DNA of 64,000 nt from a virus (lineage: Duplodnaviria; Caudoviricetes), in the IMG/VR virus record IMGVR_UViG_3300032243_000455, positions 509-64,508 of that record; one strand, 5' to 3'. Positions 38,950 to 49,148 of this stretch are shown here, one piece after another (within the stretch, counting starts at the first letter, position 1; each line of letters begins with the position of its first letter). Below the pieces are notes generated by a model. It was given only the letters and a program-made list of their open reading frames with translations, was not told where the DNA came from and made no database searches. The position numbers and the translations under genes are program-made.

Positions 38950-41900
38950 TTAATTATTACTAGTAGATGTTACAATCGTTGAAGAAATCGCGCCGATCTC
39001 TGCTGCATTTATAGAAGATACAATTTCAATATTGTCCACTGTAGCTCCGCTAACAAAAATTTCGTCTGCCTTGCTTTGTATTTCAAATAGACTGCCAAAG
39101 GACTGAGATGCTTGCTTAGGTACTATTGTCATATTAGAAATATCAGGAGATGTTGAATTAATTACGTAAGTGATTAACTCTGACAAATAAAACTTATCTC
39201 CAAAGTCCCAATTGGCCACATCAAAGAATGTGTTGATAGCTGAAATAATTCTAACTTTAAGATCGTTATCATTCGATGCACGACCTGGATTTTTTACTAT
39301 TTTAAATATTGCTTGTAATTTACTATCTGCACTGGCTCCAAACAATATTTTGTATGTGACTGGATGAAAAATAATTTCATCACTGATAGACTTAATTGCA
39401 TTTAGATTTGATCCAAAATTGATTCGTAAACTATCGGAAGTTGGAACTCCGGGACTTGGTATAAGTCCTGCTAGATAATTTCTAAACTCTGTATCGTAAG
39501 ATCTTGTTAACAAATAAACATCAATAATATTACTAACACTTGGATCTATTCTTCGATCTACGTTTGCATTATGAATATATTGGAATTTTACGCTTGCTCG
39601 GCCAATATTTCCTCTATAGGTATTATCAATAATAAAAGTATTTGTTGTTCGGTCAATCCGCTTTATAACATTTTCTGTGCTATCGTAAAAATAAAACAAT
39701 TGGCCGTTTACGTATGGATCATTGATGTTTACATCAAGTTCTCGTCGTATGGGAATAATTGTATCTTTAGAATTATCAAGGTACTGATAAACAATTGATC
39801 CTGTTGTATCAACTACTTGTTTAAAGAAAATAAACGGTGTTTCTGAATCTAGTCCAACTACTCTTTCAAATTCGTCAGGATCATCAATAACGCCATCGTT
39901 ATTGCTGTCATAAAATGCCAATTTAATTTCGTTAGTACTTTGATAGCCATCTTCATATTTTATGCTATCGCTAATTTCAAACGGAATGTCTTGAACCAGC
40001 TGTGTGATTTTATCAGAAGCTGTGTTAATTCCTAATATTTTAATTTGATCTTTAATAACTGTGCCATTAAGGCTATCGTAGATCTTTTGACCTGGATCAA
40101 AATAAAATCGATTCTGTTGGATACTGCCGAATACATATTCCATACCTCTTGATTTTACAACGTACCGATCTGGTTGTTTAATAAATGCAATAATCCACGA
40201 GGCATCTAGATTTGAGTTACTGGTGTCGCCGGCCTTGCCTAAATTAAAATCGTCAACTAGATTAAGATTGCCTGGCGTAATGACTTTCCAGGTAGTGTCT
40301 GCTACATCGTAACGCAGTCCAAAATTAATATTAGCAAACGCTAAATTTACAATCTCTGTTTCAAGGGAACTAGGCAAATTAGAAACAAATTTTGGCACTA
40401 TCCTCGATGCAATCGAACCTGTTGGAATTGCACTACTTAATGTAATTGGTCCTAACCCGGTGCTAAGAGCTCCTCGACCTGCATTTGTTCCATCCCCGGC
40501 AACACTGATAACTTTGGCCCAAATATAAGAAGTCTGTAACGGATCGGTTGCATCAGCAATTACAATTTCTCCTTTTTTAAATGCTTTACCTGTGCCTGGA
40601 ACAAACTTAATTAGTGAATCTGGTGTGAGATATTTTAATGTATTATTTGTATAAACTCCAGTTTTTAATTTAGAATTGTCTACTGAATTCTTAAAATATC
40701 CTGTGCTCGATCCGTTGAGCGTTACAACGTCAGTCCATAACGATGAATCATCAACAAATGTTACTTTTGTAAATTTTGTAAGGTAGAAATTTTGAGTATC
40801 TGTATTTGTTAAAATAGGTTCTAGATATTGTCTAATGAAATTATAAATATCAACCTTATTAACAAATTTAAAACTAGAAACTGTTTCAGTTGGATTTTTG
40901 TAAATGTAGCCATCGTCAGCAAATACTGTAACGCTACTATATTTTCCCGAAGCATCGATCAAATCAAAATTTCTAGAAATTCCGCTCGATGTTCTATTAA
41001 TTGCTTTTACTTTTAAAATGTCTTGACTGCTAGATAACGGAGCAAGATTATAATCTTCGCCGGTGATCATTCTATTTTGTGTATAGTATGTAGCAGGAGC
41101 ATTTGCTCTAATCGAAGCTATTGTTTCCGATGGAGCCGATGACGATTTAGTATATTTTAAACTCATGCTTACTGTTAACGTATGCGCAGCTCCTGCGGTG
41201 TTTACGTAGGGAATAGAAATTGTAATTCCACGCATGTCTGCCGGAGTGATGGAGTATGAAAGACCGTTGCTCACACGATAGTAAATTCTAAAATTTCCTT
41301 GGGGTAAATTACCGTAGACTCCGTCGGAAAATAATAAATCAACTTTGTCATTTTCTTTGGTGTTAACCATGTAGATATTTTTAACTTGATTTGATAAACT
41401 GTTATAGGCAATGTTGTTTCCAACTAGATTTGGCACCTGTGTCCACTTAGTTGATTGACCGCCTTGGGCATTTAATGAAAACAACCAGAGGTCGCTATTG
41501 TTAATTCCCTGAGCATCGACTGCCACTTTTTCATTTGTTACTGGAACATCAATTTTAAAATTAGCTACCTCTAAACTGCCTTGTTTAAAGAGTAAAAAGA
41601 ATCCGTTATTTTGACTTGACGGTCCACGTGCATCATTTTTATAGATAAATCCCAATTGATTGCCTGGAGTTGGTTCTTCTTCGTAAATTGCTTCTTTACC
41701 CAAGAAGGATGTGCTTACCAATTCAAAAGCCATTCTGCGACCAGAAACTGTTTTTACAAATGTATAGATCGGAACATCTCTTGATGTGGTTCTAAATCTA
41801 TATTGATCTGTTTGTATACCGTCGATAAATGCAGTTCCTTGGCTTCTACCAAATTCAGTGTTATCGGCCATTGCCGCATTTAACACCAATAAAAATTGTT

Positions 41901-42360
41901 CATTCCAGTTGGTATTTGTTGGATCATTCCAGATGATCACTTGCTGAGCTAGATTTTTTCCGTTTCCGTCTACAATGTCTTCCGACGTGCTAATCGTGTC
42001 AAACTTTAACAGTCCCTCTGATGCAATGTTGCGTTTAGCATTATAGCTTAACATTCTAGCTAGACGTAAAATATTTTCTTTACGTTCGGCTAGTTCGATA
42101 AAGTTTTCTCTAGATGCTAGATCAATACGGAAACTTAGGCTTTGACCTAAAAATGCGATAGCATCGATTAAGGCAAGATATTCGCTAGATTCAATATAAT
42201 CATTAAAATCTTCTGGATAATTTTCTCTAATGTAATCAATAATTACGCGACGAAGATTTTCAAAATCATAGCTTTTGAAATCAGCGTTCTTGAATGTCTG
42301 ATAGATTCTTTTCCAATCTTCGTTTAGAATTAGATTATTTTGTCTTGTTGTAGCGGTCAT
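38950..42360 (-). CDS. gp6: Baseplate wedge subunit, gp6-like (extended, 1136 aa)
   Basis: DF.SYDF..L...Y...NYPEDFND..ESS...LID..A; LARML.Y; ETI.SIR.NAP..Y.TQNR.IT..DY. Confidence 0.85.
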   Translation of the reverse strand: MTATTRQNNLILNEDWKRIYQTFKNADFKSYDFENLRRVIIDYIRENYPEDFNDYIESSEYLALIDAIAFLGQSLSFRIDLASRENFIELAERKENILRLARMLSYNAKRNIASEGLLKFDTISTSEDIVDGNGKNLAQQVIIWNDPTNTNWNEQFLLVLNAAMADNTEFGRSQGTAFIDGIQTDQYRFRTTSRDVPIYTFVKTVSGRRMAFELVSTSFLGKEAIYEEEPTPGNQLGFIYKNDARGPSSQNNGFFLLFKQGSLEVANFKIDVPVTNEKVAVDAQGINNSDLWLFSLNAQGGQSTKWTQVPNLVGNNIAYNSLSNQVKNIYMVNTKENDKVDLLFSDGVYGNLPQGNFRIYYRVSNGLSYSITPADMRGITISIPYVNTAGAAHTLTVSMSLKYTKSSSAPSETIASIRANAPATYYTQNRMITGEDYNLAPLSSSQDILKVKAINRTSSGISRNFDLIDASGKYSSVTVFADDGYIYKNPTETVSSFKFVNKVDIYNFIRQYLEPILTNTDTQNFYLTKFTKVTFVDDSSLWTDVVTLNGSSTGYFKNSVDNSKLKTGVYTNNTLKYLTPDSLIKFVPGTGKAFKKGEIVIADATDPLQTSYIWAKVISVAGDGTNAGRGALSTGLGPITLSSAIPTGSIASRIVPKFVSNLPSSLETEIVNLAFANINFGLRYDVADTTWKVITPGNLNLVDDFNLGKAGDTSNSNLDASWIIAFIKQPDRYVVKSRGMEYVFGSIQQNRFYFDPGQKIYDSLNGTVIKDQIKILGINTASDKITQLVQDIPFEISDSIKYEDGYQSTNEIKLAFYDSNNDGVIDDPDEFERVVGLDSETPFIFFKQVVDTTGSIVYQYLDNSKDTIIPIRRELDVNINDPYVNGQLFYFYDSTENVIKRIDRTTNTFIIDNTYRGNIGRASVKFQYIHNANVDRRIDPSVSNIIDVYLLTRSYDTEFRNYLAGLIPSPGVPTSDSLRINFGSNLNAIKSISDEIIFHPVTYKILFGASADSKLQAIFKIVKNPGRASNDNDLKVRIISAINTFFDVANWDFGDKFYLSELITYVINSTSPDISNMTIVPKQASQSFGSLFEIQSKADEIFVSGATVDNIEIVSSINAAEIGAISSTIVTSTSNN

Positions 42361-42377
42361 TTTACCTTCCTATTCTA

Positions 42378-42384
42378 TATTTAT
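42378..42384 (-). promoter_or_regulatory. Late promoter motif ATAAATA
   Basis: Intergenic, upstream of GGAAGG and ATG 42360. Confidence 0.6.
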
Positions 42385-42401
42385 CGCGGAAAATAAACTG
42401 C

Positions 42402-42839
42402 TTAGTTAATCGTACGATTGCTTTTATCAAACTCTAATTTGAGTTTTTCGTTTAAATTAAAAGGCAGGTATATTAATTCAGCTTCTATTCGTATTCCTTG
42501 ATCTGTACTATCTACAATAACCGCATTTACGGCAATGCGAGGGTCGTAATTGATGATTGACTCAACATCAGTTGCTATCATTTTTTTAACATCTTCTGTA
42601 AAAGGTTCAAATAATAAATCCCAGATAACTGTACCAAAGTCTGGGTTTTCTAATTTCTCACCTTTGCGAATATAAAAATGATTGATTAAATCTTGTTTAA
42701 CTAGATCAATATCAAAGAGCTTGAACTGGGTTTTAGTTTGCAATGAATTAAAACCTTTGTAGGTGAATGCTGTAGCACCTTGCGCTCCAACAGATGCGGT
42801 GTTTGTTGCTACAGTTTTTTGATTGTATAGTGTTGCCAT
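42402..42839 (-). CDS. gp25: Baseplate wedge subunit gp25-like
   Basis: D.DLVKQDL.N....RKGE....PDFG..I..LLFEP...I..YDPRI. Confidence 0.9.
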   Translation of the reverse strand: MATLYNQKTVATNTASVGAQGATAFTYKGFNSLQTKTQFKLFDIDLVKQDLINHFYIRKGEKLENPDFGTVIWDLLFEPFTEDVKKMIATDVESIINYDPRIAVNAVIVDSTDQGIRIEAELIYLPFNLNEKLKLEFDKSNRTIN

Positions 42840-44356
42840 TATGGTATATCCCTATCGGTGTTTTCCGGTGTGTAGAACGTAGGAGCAAAATTTTCATGTT
42901 GCGGCCATGGTTCATGCATCGGAATGCGTTTCATAATACTCTTCAACGGAACGGATTTTAGATATTTTGTTTTTGCCCAATCTAATGTACCGTCTGTTTC
43001 AAGATTTTCATTCAATGTTAAGACTACTGCTTTTGTCGCAGTGGCTGCTGCTGGGCCGTTCATGTCAATCTTTCCAGCTGTTTCATAGTGATGCGCACTT
43101 CTAATATTGGAATTGGCTGTTGATGTTAGGTTGAGATTACCTGTGGCATTTACATGAACTGCTCCTTTTGTAGTTAAGAATCCGTTACCGTCAACTACGA
43201 TTTCTAAATTCTTTTTTACATCGGCATGCAGATTTCCAACAACAGTTCTCATGTTTATGTTACGACCTGCTTCCATATTAATGTCACGATCTGCACGAAT
43301 GTTAAGATCATTTTTAGTGTGTACGCTGATACTATCTTCTGCATAGATATCTATTTTACCATTGCTGGTTAATTCAATCCAGGTGGTGCCTCTAGCATTT
43401 CCAATGTAGATTAAATCTTCACTGTTATGTAAAAGTATTTGATGCCCTGTTCTAGTGCGGACTCTAAAATATTCATTATAGGGAATACCGGCTTCACCTT
43501 TTTCTCCGGCCAACACATCAGCATATTCGACACCGCCTTTACTGGCAGGTTTTTTACGTTGGTACTGATCGTCACCGTCGTCAAATACTAACTGTGTTCC
43601 GCCAAGTCGGCTTACTGGAACTGGCGTAGGACTATGTGAATCTTTTCTTCCTACGTATGATTTCTTTGCGCCATCACGTTTATCCAAGGGTCCTGGAGTG
43701 CTAATACCAAACACCATGTTGGGAATATCTCTCCTAACTGAGGTATTTGTTACACCTCGAACATCATCTTCTAGTGTTCCTTGTTCTAGAAATCTGTCTG
43801 CAATAGGATGCACAGGACGTTTGACCTTGTCAATGCTTGAGCCTTTGGTAAGGTCGTTGGCTTTTCTATTAACTTCAGCAACAGGCAATTGTTGACTTGT
43901 TGCATACTTGGCTTTATCTGCTGGACTAATATCAACTTGGTCGGATCCGCCGATTGCTGGAATCATGCTGTTGGCAAATTTAGATGGTACGCACCCGATC
44001 CAATATCCCTCAGATGGGTTTCCGTCAACAAATAACACCATCACTGTTACTCCTACATCTGGAGGACAGAACCACATGCCATAACTTTTTTGTGTGTCGT
44101 TATAAGCATCTGCATTTCCTTTATTTGTACCCATAAACTCGTATGCAGTACTGCCAAAAAACGGAGTCATGTATTTGACTGTGTATGTTTGCCCTTCATC
44201 ACCGACAGTATTGCCTTGATCACGTAGCAGTGTCACTTCGAGACTTGACATGAATGATGGGTCAAGGTGGCTTACTACCTTAGCTAGATAAGGACCATTA
44301 CCAATGCCTGCTTTGGCTTGGTTTACTTGTTCTGAACGTCTTCCTTCTGTTGCCAT
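42839..44356 (-). CDS. gp5: Baseplate central spike gp5-like (OB fold plus beta-helix, no lysozyme insert)
   Basis: A.VV...DP...L.V...P.FG...G.WF.PPDVG..V.V.F..G.P...YW.G; RT..GH...; C-terminal 8-residue beta-helix repeats ending IDMNGP. Confidence 0.8.
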   Translation of the reverse strand: MATEGRRSEQVNQAKAGIGNGPYLAKVVSHLDPSFMSSLEVTLLRDQGNTVGDEGQTYTVKYMTPFFGSTAYEFMGTNKGNADAYNDTQKSYGMWFCPPDVGVTVMVLFVDGNPSEGYWIGCVPSKFANSMIPAIGGSDQVDISPADKAKYATSQQLPVAEVNRKANDLTKGSSIDKVKRPVHPIADRFLEQGTLEDDVRGVTNTSVRRDIPNMVFGISTPGPLDKRDGAKKSYVGRKDSHSPTPVPVSRLGGTQLVFDDGDDQYQRKKPASKGGVEYADVLAGEKGEAGIPYNEYFRVRTRTGHQILLHNSEDLIYIGNARGTTWIELTSNGKIDIYAEDSISVHTKNDLNIRADRDINMEAGRNINMRTVVGNLHADVKKNLEIVVDGNGFLTTKGAVHVNATGNLNLTSTANSNIRSAHHYETAGKIDMNGPAAATATKAVVLTLNENLETDGTLDWAKTKYLKSVPLKSIMKRIPMHEPWPQHENFAPTFYTPENTDRDIP

Positions 44357-44359
44357 ATA

Positions 44360-46720
44360 TTATCCGTAAAAATCATTAAGATCATCTGGTGCTGTAAATC
44401 CTTCAGGATATTCTCCTGTATCATCCGTAGGTGATGTTGGATCTTTCATTATACCTTTAACTTCTTTCAATGATGCTGCTTTTGCTACTGGTGGTGTTCC
44501 TTGGAAGTCGCTGGCTTGTAACGGTAATCTAATCGCTTTAAGACTTTGCTTGAAAGCACCATCATTAAAAATATGATCTACCTTGATTACTTTATAAATT
44601 CCGCTAAACGGACTATCTGCTTTGTCAACAAATAGATAATCACCATTTCCTTCTTTGGGTTCAATTGGACTTCTAAATCTCAAGTAAACATAAGTGTCGC
44701 CAGCTTCAAAATTAACTGATCCGTCATCAGTCTGTAATGCCCCAGGTTCTGCACCGGCAAAATAGCCGCCTACACCACTATCACTTAACCAGTATGTATC
44801 TCCCATGATATCAAAATTAATTGAAATCATATCAGTCACATTAGAAGTAAATGCTTTATGAAATTGTTGAGCAATGTCTAGTGCTGTGGTAATGTTACCA
44901 GAGCCGCCCATGAGTTTTTTACCTGCGGCAACATCTGGTTTTGCTGAAGGAGTACCGGTTGGTGAAAATTCAGTTTCTGGGCCTTCAGCCCCTGTACCAA
45001 TCTCTGCCCGTTCAATATCGTCATTGCCGGCACTGTTGATATCTTTGTTTGATGTTCTACCGCCGGTACCGTCTGCTGTTGGAGAGATTCCAGTATAGAA
45101 AGCATTATTAATCTGTATATCAAATTTTAATAAATCGTTATTTTGTCCAGTGTAGATATAATCATATTGTTTAACAATTCTATCTTTCAATGCCTGCTCA
45201 CCTACTAGGGCTGCACCGGGTGGGGAGAATACCGAGCTATGAACTGTGTAAGGCATTACTCTAATAATTACTTTTTTAGCTTTTTGATTCCGCACAGTAT
45301 CATGTCCAAGTATTTGAACCTGCACATCGATTCTAAACCATGTGACCATGCCGTCGGTCCAGTTTTCTGGTTTTAAATTTTTCTTTGCAAAGTCACTTTC
45401 TGTAATAAGATTTATGATAATCTGTGTTATAGAAGTATTTTGAGAATACTGAAATGTTCTCTTTTTAGCATCAACAGATACTTTAGCTGTATCAACTTTT
45501 CCAGATTTAGCATCGTATGCTTGTGAAGCTTTAGGTGCTACATAGTTACCTGCAGAATCTATCTGGAAATCAAACGAAGCATCGCCGATAGTGTTAGCTG
45601 TAAATGACTCTTGCGACAACACACTTTTTGACGATTTAACACTCACTGTGCCTACTGTACCAAGAGGAATCACTGCTCCGGCTTCTTCTTGGTACTCAAC
45701 ACCCGGAAGTGGATCTGAAGAAGTCTGTGGGAAATGTATTTCATATTTGTCAGGCAATGCACCAGGATTGGTTCCTGCAATTTTGATTTGATTGTCATTG
45801 AGAATATTTTGTAAACTGCGCTCGCCTGTTACTAGTGCTTCTTTAACTGTATCACCGGTTAACGAAATATCAGTGTAAACATTATTCACGATATCACTAA
45901 ATGCTGTATGATTTGTTGGCACTGCTTCAAATTTATAATTACTTCCACCTTCTGTTACCGTGAAGTTAGATCTTTTTAATGTCATGGAATAGTACTTAGG
46001 TGAAACGTCTATATAGGAGTTACCTTTATCATCAAATCCTACAAATTCTATTTTTAAACAAAATGGTGCTGTAAGGTAATCTGTTTCACCTGCTTGGATA
46101 GCTGCATACTGAAGACTTTGTAAAAATAATCCCATACTATACGGCTCGTATACATCAAAACTCATATTTGTACTGGTCGAAGTTCCTGCATCTGGTGAAC
46201 CGGTAACCACTTGTGTCATTTGAAAATTGTTAATAAAATATTCTGGAGTTCCTGATGATGTTCTTGCTCTTAGCTCATCATATCTACCGGCAGAACTTAT
46301 TACTATCTGCCCTGCGCTAAAGCCAGTATTCCTATATAGAAAAGGATTGTTAACTTCGTCTTTTGACAGTGCTGCTAGGGTAAACAAGGTATTGTAGGTA
46401 GCAAATTTTTCTAGTGGGTTTTCTAAAACTGTTCCATTATTTCGTACACCAGAAGGAGTTGCTGCAGTCTTGGCAACATCTAATAGTGCAGTGTTAGAAG
46501 CTCCAAATTCATTTGCCAGCTTAGAGGCAACAGCGGCTGTGCCTACTGGAAGGTTTGATGGTGCGCTGAGATCAGTGGTACCAATTAATGTACCATCTGG
46601 TTTTTTAATTGTGATAACGCCGCCGAGATCTCGTGCTGAGGTAACACCGTCGGCATATGTTGTGAGCTTGGTACCATCATCAAATATTTGTGTGGTGCCA
46701 GTAAGATATTCTACAGCCAC
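44360..46720 (-). CDS. Baseplate hub protein (gp27/gp44-like position)
   Basis: GTG start; located between the gp53-like and gp5-like genes; I.GD...L...; FSGIYKVIKVDHIF..G.FKQ.L terminal motif of hub proteins. Confidence 0.6.
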   Translation of the reverse strand: MAVEYLTGTTQIFDDGTKLTTYADGVTSARDLGGVITIKKPDGTLIGTTDLSAPSNLPVGTAAVASKLANEFGASNTALLDVAKTAATPSGVRNNGTVLENPLEKFATYNTLFTLAALSKDEVNNPFLYRNTGFSAGQIVISSAGRYDELRARTSSGTPEYFINNFQMTQVVTGSPDAGTSTSTNMSFDVYEPYSMGLFLQSLQYAAIQAGETDYLTAPFCLKIEFVGFDDKGNSYIDVSPKYYSMTLKRSNFTVTEGGSNYKFEAVPTNHTAFSDIVNNVYTDISLTGDTVKEALVTGERSLQNILNDNQIKIAGTNPGALPDKYEIHFPQTSSDPLPGVEYQEEAGAVIPLGTVGTVSVKSSKSVLSQESFTANTIGDASFDFQIDSAGNYVAPKASQAYDAKSGKVDTAKVSVDAKKRTFQYSQNTSITQIIINLITESDFAKKNLKPENWTDGMVTWFRIDVQVQILGHDTVRNQKAKKVIIRVMPYTVHSSVFSPPGAALVGEQALKDRIVKQYDYIYTGQNNDLLKFDIQINNAFYTGISPTADGTGGRTSNKDINSAGNDDIERAEIGTGAEGPETEFSPTGTPSAKPDVAAGKKLMGGSGNITTALDIAQQFHKAFTSNVTDMISINFDIMGDTYWLSDSGVGGYFAGAEPGALQTDDGSVNFEAGDTYVYLRFRSPIEPKEGNGDYLFVDKADSPFSGIYKVIKVDHIFNDGAFKQSLKAIRLPLQASDFQGTPPVAKAASLKEVKGIMKDPTSPTDDTGEYPEGFTAPDDLNDFYG

Positions 46721-46721
46721 G

Positions 46722-47021
46722 TTATATTCCTAGATATTTTTCTAAATTAGCTTTTTTAGGTATGTAAATTTGCACACCAGGAACAAAATCAAATATTGGA
46801 TCTTTAATCACATTCATATTGCGTTGGACAAACACCCACCAAAGTTTTGGTGTACCATAAAGATCAAAGGATAATAAATCTGGGCGGTGATTGTATTGAT
46901 TTTCTATTTTGTATAAAAAATCATCTGCCTCAGCAGGTACTGATCTAATCGTCAATGTTTCTAAATAGAGATTATTTTGTTTAGTTAAAAAATAAGGTGA
47001 ACTTTTTTTGTAGACTGCCAT
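46722..47021 (-). CDS. gp53: Baseplate wedge gp53/LysM-like protein
   Basis: RPDLLSFDLYGTPKLWWVF..RN..I.DP..DF. Confidence 0.8.
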   Translation of the reverse strand: MAVYKKSSPYFLTKQNNLYLETLTIRSVPAEADDFLYKIENQYNHRPDLLSFDLYGTPKLWWVFVQRNMNVIKDPIFDFVPGVQIYIPKKANLEKYLGI

Positions 47022-47022
47022 G

Positions 47023-48168
47023 TTATAAGAATCCTACAGTGCTTGCGGTTTTACCGCTGGCAAAATCTTCTAGACTGAATTGACGTAGTCTGCTTCTATT
47101 GTATATCGGAGTCACTGTAATACTGATGGTACTCATAATTGGCACCCAAGAAGGAGTTGTCATTGATCCCATTTGACATTTAATATATTGTACATCATCT
47201 TTCAGATCAAAAGAAGCTGCTTTAACAACTACAGGAACAGTATTAAAAATATTACTACCATATCCGTTTAATTGACAGACAATTGGAGGGTTTCCTACGT
47301 TTGGACCTGTACCGTAAAACATTTTTGTTGCTGTTCTTAAAAAGGTAGTTGCTGCGATCCAGTAATATGCTTCTTGTTCATTTTCACAACTGAATTCTCC
47401 AGAAATCGTAATATCATCAACTTGACTGTTTTTATAGGCTTGGAACGGAAAATTATTATGTACCGGGTCTAGTTGTGTATACTGAGCTTTAGTACTAACT
47501 GTGATAGTAGGAAGATACGGCCATACCATGCCTCCCGATTTCTTCAGTGTAGAATTAAACAAGTCAGAATTAAACAACGCCCAATTACAATCTAATCTAA
47601 CACGCCAATCATTGCTAGGAGTAGGAGTCATTGATACCACTGTTCCCCTTGATTGAAATAACTGCCCGTTGGCTGGTAGATTTGCGCCACGGCGCATACT
47701 TAATAAATTATTAACCATGCCAGCTGCTGATGAAATTGAACTTGCTACACTTAGTAGGCCGCCTGCTAGGTTTCCGCCGGTTAGTTTGTTAACCGATGCA
47801 GCCACGTCAGCGGTAATATTACTGATTGATCCTGCCGCACCACCAATAGATGATACTAGACTAGTAGCTTGGTTAGCGATACCGCCCAGTGCGCCTGTAA
47901 CTCCGTTCAGTCCAATTGATCCTGCTTGTGATGTTAATCCTTGGAGAGATTTTTGTCCCATATCTATAGCGTTGCCAATGCCGGCAGTAACTCCGTTCAA
48001 GCCGGATCCGATTTCTCCAGATATTCTAGACACAGTAGCATCTAGATTTATTTTAGATATATCACTAGCTGCGGCACTCATAGCTGCGCTAGACTGTGAC
48101 ATAGCCTGCGAAATTGATTGCGATAAGCTAGAAACCAGTGCTGCTTGAGGATTTGTGGGCAAACTCAT
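47023..48168 (-). CDS. Tail tube initiator / baseplate-tube junction (gp48/gp54-like)
   Basis: WPY.PTI...Y...H.N.....Y..S....I.I.G.F...FLRT.TK.FYG...G.PP....L.GYG...PVVV; A/S/G-rich N-terminal half. Confidence 0.65.
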   Translation of the reverse strand: MSLPTNPQAALVSSLSQSISQAMSQSSAAMSAAASDISKINLDATVSRISGEIGSGLNGVTAGIGNAIDMGQKSLQGLTSQAGSIGLNGVTGALGGIANQATSLVSSIGGAAGSISNITADVAASVNKLTGGNLAGGLLSVASSISSAAGMVNNLLSMRRGANLPANGQLFQSRGTVVSMTPTPSNDWRVRLDCNWALFNSDLFNSTLKKSGGMVWPYLPTITVSTKAQYTQLDPVHNNFPFQAYKNSQVDDITISGEFSCENEQEAYYWIAATTFLRTATKMFYGTGPNVGNPPIVCQLNGYGSNIFNTVPVVVKAASFDLKDDVQYIKCQMGSMTTPSWVPIMSTISITVTPIYNRSRLRQFSLEDFASGKTASTVGFL

Positions 48169-48191
48169 TGTAAATATTTCTCCCTTTAGTC

Positions 48192-48198
48192 TATTTAT
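48192..48198 (-). promoter_or_regulatory. Late promoter motif ATAAATA at the head of the 45-kb minus-strand block
   Basis: Intergenic, upstream of GGGAG and ATG 48168. Confidence 0.6.
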
Positions 48199-48211
48199 TT
48201 CTTTAAAAATG

Positions 48212-48220
48212 TGCTATTAT
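48212..48220 (+). promoter_or_regulatory. Host sigma70-type extended -10 (TGcTATTAT) for gp55
   Basis: TGn followed by a TATAAT-like hexamer, upstream of AGGAG and ATG 48246. Confidence 0.45.
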
Positions 48221-48245
48221 ATAAGTAATAGGAGAATCTAAACTA

Positions 48246-49106
48246 ATGACTATAACCACCGTACCAAAGATAAAGTACTTGACAAATAAGGATCTTTTAA
48301 AAGAGATCCATCTAAGCAAAAACACATATTGCTTTTATACTGATAAAGCATTTGGGGATTATGATCTAATTATACCAAATTTATCAAAGATTAATATTAG
48401 AACTATTGCTGAAGCTAAACGTAATAGAGCTTCTAGACTAGCAAAACTAGCACACGAAGCTGCGGTACTAGCGACCGGTAAAAAACAAAGTGCTAAAGAC
48501 TTTGAGATCGATTACAAAAAAATCCTTAAAAAAGATATTGTGTTCCGTGTAATGACTTTTGAACATATTCCGTTGGCTCCTGGCAGAAAGAAAACTCTTA
48601 AAAATACTGCTGACAGTCACGACAAGGTAAATTTTCCTCCGTTCCAGCATTGGAAATTTGATGAGAATGATAACCTTATACTTGTGGGTAAAAGTCATTG
48701 GAAAGGCGATTTAGCTACGGGCACATTTAATAAAGAACACGGCATGATGACTAACAATCTAGCCCGTATGTTTATTAAACTTTGTGAGCGATATGCAACT
48801 AGAGGAAATGTTCGTGGATATACCTATAATGATGAAATGCGTGGGCAGGCGATTCTTCAACTCACGCAAATTGGTCTACAGTTTGATGAAAGCAAGTCTG
48901 ACAATCCTTTCGCTTATTATACTGCTGCTGTCACTAACTCATTTGTTAGAATCATCAATATCGAAAAGCGCAATCAAAATATTCGAGACGACATACTTGA
49001 AATGAATGGCATGAATCCAAGTTGGACTAGACAGAATAGTGGTGCTGCACCAGCGCCTGGCCCAACAACCATTACACAAGGCGGCGAAGGAGAAAATTGG
49101 GATTGA
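48246..49106 (+). CDS. gp55: Late-transcription sigma factor gp55-like, with a large insertion
   Basis: YLTNKDLLKEI...RGN.RGYT..DEM......FDESK..NPFAY.T....N.F...I..EKR; T4 synteny gp55-gp47-gp46. Confidence 0.85.
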   Translation: MTITTVPKIKYLTNKDLLKEIHLSKNTYCFYTDKAFGDYDLIIPNLSKINIRTIAEAKRNRASRLAKLAHEAAVLATGKKQSAKDFEIDYKKILKKDIVFRVMTFEHIPLAPGRKKTLKNTADSHDKVNFPPFQHWKFDENDNLILVGKSHWKGDLATGTFNKEHGMMTNNLARMFIKLCERYATRGNVRGYTYNDEMRGQAILQLTQIGLQFDESKSDNPFAYYTAAVTNSFVRIINIEKRNQNIRDDILEMNGMNPSWTRQNSGAAPAPGPTTITQGGEGENWD

Positions 49107-49132
49107 CCTTAGTGTTGTAAAAGTGTTACAAT
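49103..49132 (+). promoter_or_regulatory. Host sigma70-type promoter for gp47/gp46
   Basis: TTGACC (49103) - 18 nt - TACAAT (49127), with TG of an extended -10; AAGGAG follows. Confidence 0.6.
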
Positions 49133-49148
49133 AATAAAGGAGATCACA

